Shown: positions 60,901 to 64,000 of the stretch, in pieces
Layout of the letters: every line of letters starts with the position of its first letter
Numbering within the stretch: the first letter of the stretch is position 1
Assembly (NCBI GenBank): GCA_041650295.1
Contig: JBAZLM010000001.1
Coordinates: 128,318-192,317 of the forward strand
Length of the DNA stretch: 64,000 nt
Source of the DNA: Candidatus Omnitrophota bacterium
GTDB lineage: Bacteria; Omnitrophota; Gorgyraeia; Gygaellales; Profunditerraquicolaceae
Direction of reading: 5' to 3'
Notes under the pieces: generated by a model
The model's database searches: none
The model's input: only the letters and a program-made list of their open reading frames with translations
What the model was told of the DNA's origin: nothing
Translations under genes and position numbers: made by a program

Positions 60901-63900
60901 GTTTAGGCATACAATCAAGTGGAATTGCTATTGAGCGCTTACAACAAGCCTCTGGCATAAATGAAAAAGCTGGTGCGGAGGTTGATTTAATTGCTGCTTC
61001 AGATGGAAATCAGATTAAAGCTCCAAACGCGGCTCCCGTTGCTAAACAACCGTTGTTTATTCGCGTGATGCAGAATGCGCACAGCAATGCTCCAGAGATT
61101 GCTCCAGCGGTTTCTGGCTCGGTAACTCCAAGCAATATTTTACCTATTACTAGAGCGGTTAATAAAGGCGTGGTAGTGGATTTAATTGCTGCTTCAGATG
61201 GAAATCAAGTTAAAGTTCCAGCTGCGGTTACTCCGGTTGCCAAACAAAAAGAGATCAATGATGCCGCTTTAGAGATGCGTTTAGCTGCGGCTAGAGCTTT
61301 GCAGACTAATGATCAAGCAGATTTTGATGAGGCATCAGGATTAAAATATAAAGTTAGTAAAATGCAGGAAGATGAAATTTATCGACAAGGTTTAGCTAAG
61401 ATGGGTGTTGAGCTTAAAGATAGAATAAACTTTTTCTATAATCGTCGTCAGATGGCTACCGCAAAAGCTAAATATGTTGAAGATAATAAGAAAGCATATG
61501 GGGCTGATTTTATTAAAAAGAAAGACGCTTTAAATGAAAGAGTTGCAACAATTAAGGCAATGACGCCAACTCAATATAAAGATTATCGAGCAGATATTAA
61601 AACTCGATTAGAAGGGCTTAGTCAGAAAAAAGACTCAACGGTAGAAATGCCTACTATGGATGAGATAGAAGATCTTAAATATACAGCTCAAGCTGCCAGA
61701 GTTAAATCATTAGAAAAGCAAATTAAGGAAACAGAATCAGAATTTAAAAAATTTAAGACTGGTAAGATTAAGTCTAATGAAATTCGCGAAGATATTATTA
61801 ATAAAGTATCAGAAAAGAAAAGATTAACCAGAGACTTTATAAGTGATTTGCTTAATGCGGGCAAAGTTAATTTAGGGACTGGAGAAATTATTGGTTATCC
61901 ATTTACACTTAATGATGCGCTAAATTATGAGATTTCAAAAAGTGTTTCAAAAAGTGGTAAGAATATTATTTATAATTTAGTTGATGGACCCGAAAATATA
62001 AAAATTTCAGTGCCTAAGGTAATTGCAGAAATTGATGCAACAAAAGATGCAACTATAGCCAAGCGATCTGAATTAGGTCCGGTGACCGAAACTGGCCCGC
62101 CTTCAGCTTTAGAAAATGCTAAAACAGTTTTAGTTAAAGCGCAAGCCGAAGCGGTAAGATTGGCTGCCATTTCTGATGGCAAGCAAGAAGACCTAGTATA
62201 TAGGAAAGGTTTATTAAAAGCAGCTAAGCAAACCAATGATCCTGCGAAAATTAATCGAGCTCAGAATGCTTATGATGCTACAAAAATTAAAGCTGATGTT
62301 GCGATTGACGATTGGCAAGGAAATCAATTAATATTATTTAGCGCGCAAGAAAAAGTTGATGCATTAGAAGCTCAAGCTACCGTAATTGCCGCCCCTCTTT
62401 CTACAGAAGTAAATAATATCCCACAAACAGAAGTAACCCAGGCTGCACAGCTAAATTCTAATAAAGAATTACTTAAAGAATTAGGAATCAAAGAAGGAAC
62501 CCGCACTTATAATCGTTTATTAAATTCTGACAACGAATTACTCTATGAGAAAATAAAATTCTTAACGGATAAAACTCAAGTTAACCTAGGTACTCGTAAT
62601 GGCAATGTACCAATAAGTTTATTACGTTATAGCTTAAAAACTTTGCAAGATCGCGCTACGAAGTTAAATGAATTTGGTTTGGCTCTTAATACTACTACGG
62701 TAAGATTAAAAACTAATGAAGAGATTCAAGCGTATAAAGATAGAGCTTTGCCAAAAACTGAAATATCGGAAGTTTCTGCTAAGCCGGTAACGGTTGCAAC
62801 TGCTCCAACTTTCACTAAATTATCGTTCCCAGGGACAACCCCGCAGGCATCACAAGCAGCTCCTACAGAAGAAGCTCAATCAGTTTCAGTGAAGTCAGAA
62901 GGCCAAAAAGCTTTAGATAGAGCAAACAAGATTTTAGGCATAGAAGATTCGGAACAAGATAAATCAGAGGGCCAGAAAGCTTTAGATAGAGCAGATAGAG
63001 CTTTAGGTGTTAGCTCAAGGGGGCAGGAAGCTCAGCCGGCGGAAACAAAAGCTCCAGCCACACCCGCAACTGTAACAGCTCCTGCGGCTCAAGCTCCAAC
63101 ATTAATTCCAGAAAAAGCAGCTCTTCTTCAACAGGTAGCTCCAACTTCCACTAAATTATCATTTCCAGAAACACCATCAACATCAGCTAAACCGGTGGAA
63201 GCAAAAGCTCCGGCACAGGCGCAAGCAGCTCCTGTCGAAGCTAAAGATGCCTCTTTTGTTTATCCTTCTGTAAAAGAAATCTTTCCTGATTCAGAATCAG
63301 CAACTACGCAAGAAGATCCTCAAGCTGCTATTGCTGCTAAAAAACAACAGGCTGCTGCTGAGGCCTCTAAAGCTGCAGAAGAAGAATTTTATAGAGTTAT
63401 AAATAAAGGCATTGAGCAAGAACAAAAGATTGCTGCCGAGCAAGAAGCAGCTAAATCTGCAACAGCTCCTGTGGCTCCTGCGGCTCAACCATCTGTTGAG
63501 AAGAATGTCGTAGAAGAAGCCCAACCCGCTAAGCAATTGTCACAAAAAGCTCTTAGCAGAATCGAAAAGATTAATAAAGACCTTGAGAAACTAAAGAAGA
63601 CAAGAAATGAGTTTGCCGCCAAAGCAACAGCAGCTAAAGAATATAATTCCGTGAAAGAATTTTTAAAAGCTCCCCTTTTAGCACAGAATGCATATAACAA
63701 TTATCAAGAGGCTCAAATCAAGAAAGGCAAGAGTGGTGAAATACGAGATCAGGCGTATTTAGATAAAAGAATTGCAATACTCCATAAAGATGCGAATTTC
63801 TTACAAAGATTATTTGCCACTAAAATAAATTATGATAAAAAAGCTGAAAAAATTGCCAGACAAATACGAGCCTTAGAGGGTGAGCAAAGAGCATTAGAAA

Positions 63901-64000
63901 ATAGCGGTAGTATAGTTAAATCTCCTAACTGGACAAATCAAGCCTGGGCGCAATTAAAGGCAACTTTTTACGTTGCGTTAGTTTCGGAGAACCCTAAAGT
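54993..64000 (+). CDS. giant membrane-anchored protein, >3000 aa, 3' end beyond window: N-terminal TM anchor, papain/peptidase-C39-like domain, Ser-rich linker, repetitive G/A/S/T-rich core, coiled-coil repeat-containing tail
   Basis: Continuous + strand reading frame from ATG 54993 to the window edge, verified by hand at several points; it is absent from the ORF track because it has no in-window stop. TM segment TWIRVVAFVISAIFL. C39-like motifs KGKPCGTKALYDYLNYAG and IAHLNYDHFILVTRVTEDKVYY. Linker SSSTSSSGRSSSGYRSSSGYSSRSSY. Internal repeats LL(R/Y)NTLGAAA(A/I)PLLIYGS(A/S)K, VDLIAASDGNQ(I/V)K.P...PVAKQ and SEGQKALDRA. Confidence 0.65.
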   Translation, partial: MNNKKHQTEDRIKQPKREFKSSFKTWIRVVAFVISAIFLPEQVAQAVEYDWRVIWNKPAAGSIASTSLKNLASIDTALAIRNILKDIANKPITAIKVSSNLTINLDKPLKMSNQKIEEITEWLKGKPCGTKALYDYLNYAGIQAPEGDIAIMALTVDILNDVVKPEGNPTVIKNSLYALSQAAKFFGSDLYPVKIQSNRELGSLTPFIAHLNYDHFILVTRVTEDKVYYSNEHKEEFFPKDTFATKFTGYALTNILPADLKTLEPAESKKVLGAWSSSTSSSGRSSSGYRSSSGYSSRSSYTNNWRSGTSYYSRQSFVSHYRPQIAAAMSKVLGGSKQAMRVALVAAIPVVAISAIPGGKFLGTFTKRLAFNLIVGEATLQLSSYINTDKFVGFKTKGDLGMHALILASSALSAGATNISTKFSSVKLSGPFNPPAISNRMGVMSRSARMLNFGNSVVRTLPNFASKVSYYGLTGANTFLVTGTALEGLGGQGPNLQSMSKNYLTGLAVGSASGAASYLLSPNSVGIAKLSKASSTVTGIVPNKITTVSGKLGEFVTRGKLASEIGKELIGVGVVSSASGLISAGGTLTYNAIKGNKLRENLLRNTLGAAAAPLLIYGSAKIIPVVKSITTPASSKIAESFNNSKFLPKLGKVVSFGQANSPVILRLAGSSAITGSMGFVGTLGYNLVNRKDRKWNEDLLYNTLGAAAIPLLIYGSSKAMSLNKRLFSPVNLKITIPNIITLTAIDTKAAYALDRKYYEGSLAKESYGSGPFVGVFKNVLLAPGRQILSIKSDFAPVAQHLTNVEANVFNDWAADKGLVGASLAYTAGFSRSWLNVTSLATPIRSIARLDQTVKDFYTLSANLSNAANNDKATKADNIRLVDAAYLVGNVMGSYTAFKGIGSGLTKPANLTKPAEHLKFSTNVLNNVGGIFNTSATTVIANASIGAMLPLMGQKNAVGVLSYTELFNSLKSLAYNTDTIARSSFAVSTIFKGLGALNNPKLTKAVVIGSGSSFALGGAAVAVATNAKNKTTDQKKIANWNKVSKIGTGVMAVSAVILASQFVRGVDAVSAKAKPTTLVGVGAGGVAGGAGMYWGAKKIGEKTTWGQKHQGIVNATMNAGLFIAGMGGLLLTRGLSKPLVNKIQVWDKGISQTQRVQKIYRLPVSTEIKTAFASKGLGALKLINSGVTTAGSAWSIGTAWYGFNRGLFTPAVEYLSFVLGDRSEKDSRAWKGYASFSTPRYWAERKYVGASGLLIGSVYKTIKLASKHYGTLDKSSGAWNGLKEAFKEQKIKTWDKYVNFGNKWAGKITPKIAKFGGYASGVTGIGLQTLAHTFGTLFMVMAPLAPVLEGASFLSDRFLQSQYNSRLENWFHNFTTGAFSNDDTLLRWKELGFIRGKDAKDVSLVAKTRFDKIGSSLQMFATGVSAGLFGVEPVQILDVDGSLRTVQMPKAISFKDKDRTYINPDGDKIVLKQGAVSMLTSWLSPVTKDGKLKIKTEEGGFVKRTLKTFDNQALMFGATLAILAPLAGPVLTNIKSFNLGQGLRAFQYGASQTFGLKGLSDWAKRGRTKVGSKLKNLFTNKVHMAFQGSIEEINEQNVQLFTSVPVSLVGPIVTLFGVSPTMALAIQGFVEEITQELVGDIDGAGGAVRSTATSFWASWGNNNPVVSRITYVDAKKDAKPLIDVAKLNAQNPESLEALAGLKEGDRVTLTHEDGFVRDFVVDANWGNFMNTRAQAVNYQRGLNSGAVTVPTLVAAMRSSDSIKKNAASIALASNLSADQAIQIMRPADYEHVLTFKAPGSSAPISVPASDLMDQVVERMAFEQDFASKVESNFKSLDVTTPKAVTLKTNNLEIIAFSGDQTSSKVTSDYIQEVGYVPMGNFKYGNKNVRVNVVEGMHQAVSKTMGNAQAGLGAGGISADGVYDIFVDAAEYAAELKKNPGAKNNPLSLNTVSHEFKELVSFERIVRGYQKSLGIQSSGIAIERLQQASGINEKAGAEVDLIAASDGNQIKAPNAAPVAKQPLFIRVMQNAHSNAPEIAPAVSGSVTPSNILPITRAVNKGVVVDLIAASDGNQVKVPAAVTPVAKQKEINDAALEMRLAAARALQTNDQADFDEASGLKYKVSKMQEDEIYRQGLAKMGVELKDRINFFYNRRQMATAKAKYVEDNKKAYGADFIKKKDALNERVATIKAMTPTQYKDYRADIKTRLEGLSQKKDSTVEMPTMDEIEDLKYTAQAARVKSLEKQIKETESEFKKFKTGKIKSNEIREDIINKVSEKKRLTRDFISDLLNAGKVNLGTGEIIGYPFTLNDALNYEISKSVSKSGKNIIYNLVDGPENIKISVPKVIAEIDATKDATIAKRSELGPVTETGPPSALENAKTVLVKAQAEAVRLAAISDGKQEDLVYRKGLLKAAKQTNDPAKINRAQNAYDATKIKADVAIDDWQGNQLILFSAQEKVDALEAQATVIAAPLSTEVNNIPQTEVTQAAQLNSNKELLKELGIKEGTRTYNRLLNSDNELLYEKIKFLTDKTQVNLGTRNGNVPISLLRYSLKTLQDRATKLNEFGLALNTTTVRLKTNEEIQAYKDRALPKTEISEVSAKPVTVATAPTFTKLSFPGTTPQASQAAPTEEAQSVSVKSEGQKALDRANKILGIEDSEQDKSEGQKALDRADRALGVSSRGQEAQPAETKAPATPATVTAPAAQAPTLIPEKAALLQQVAPTSTKLSFPETPSTSAKPVEAKAPAQAQAAPVEAKDASFVYPSVKEIFPDSESATTQEDPQAAIAAKKQQAAAEASKAAEEEFYRVINKGIEQEQKIAAEQEAAKSATAPVAPAAQPSVEKNVVEEAQPAKQLSQKALSRIEKINKDLEKLKKTRNEFAAKATAAKEYNSVKEFLKAPLLAQNAYNNYQEAQIKKGKSGEIRDQAYLDKRIAILHKDANFLQRLFATKINYDKKAEKIARQIRALEGEQRALENSGSIVKSPNWTNQAWAQLKATFYVALVSENPK

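Overview
AT-rich (~35-37% GC) bacterial chromosomal segment, almost entirely coded on the + strand. It may be Omnitrophota- or candidate-phylum-like, given the giant ORF, glutamine synthetase type III and the very large Tad/Flp repertoire. That taxonomic guess is inference only. In order along the window: (1) small hypothetical genes, a 2[4Fe-4S] ferredoxin, a CarD/CdnL regulator, four tandem paralogous small β-rich proteins, a peptidoglycan-binding lipoprotein and a DUF2934 protein (1-4.1 kb). (2) A six-gene formate-hydrogenlyase-like (Hyf/Hyc-type) membrane complex whose large subunit has no CxxC NiFe-binding motifs, i.e. an Ehr-like non-hydrogenase complex (4.5-11.5 kb). (3) A metallophosphoesterase-HAD fusion lipoprotein, an outer-membrane β-barrel and a secreted protein on the minus strand (12.7-17.7 kb). 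(4) A nitrogen-assimilation supercluster: amt (with an apparent frameshift), glnB, glutamine synthetase type III, a Fis-like protein and gltBD, followed by a PEP/pyruvate-binding-domain protein, pyrG, purF and a class-A β-lactamase-like protein (18-35 kb). (5) tRNA-Leu(GAG) and tRNA-Glu(CUC), each with its own promoter; tRNA-Glu is embedded in direct repeats of its own 5' and 3' ends (35.0-35.6 kb). (6) A large Tad (tight-adherence) pilus locus: a parvulin PPIase lipoprotein, CpaB, a secretin with a C-terminal TonB_C-like extension, a fused TadZ-TadA ATPase, a DUF192 protein, a 654-aa HTH/coiled-coil protein, a 13-gene Flp-pilin array plus two TadE-like and one TadG-like pseudopilin, then TadB and TadC (35.8-53.8 kb). 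(7) A 1.2-kb AT-rich regulatory region with a σ70-like promoter, a candidate c-di-GMP-I (GEMM) riboswitch and a terminator-type expression platform. This lies in front of a giant open-ended + strand ORF of more than 3000 codons (54993 to the window end). The ORF is absent from the supplied track because it has no stop codon inside the window. It encodes an N-terminal membrane anchor, a papain/C39-like peptidase domain, a Ser-rich linker, a repetitive G/A/S/T-rich core and a coiled-coil tail. The most interesting candidate system is the Tad pilus with its hyper-expanded, cassette-like Flp array, coupled to a putatively c-di-GMP-gated giant surface protein.
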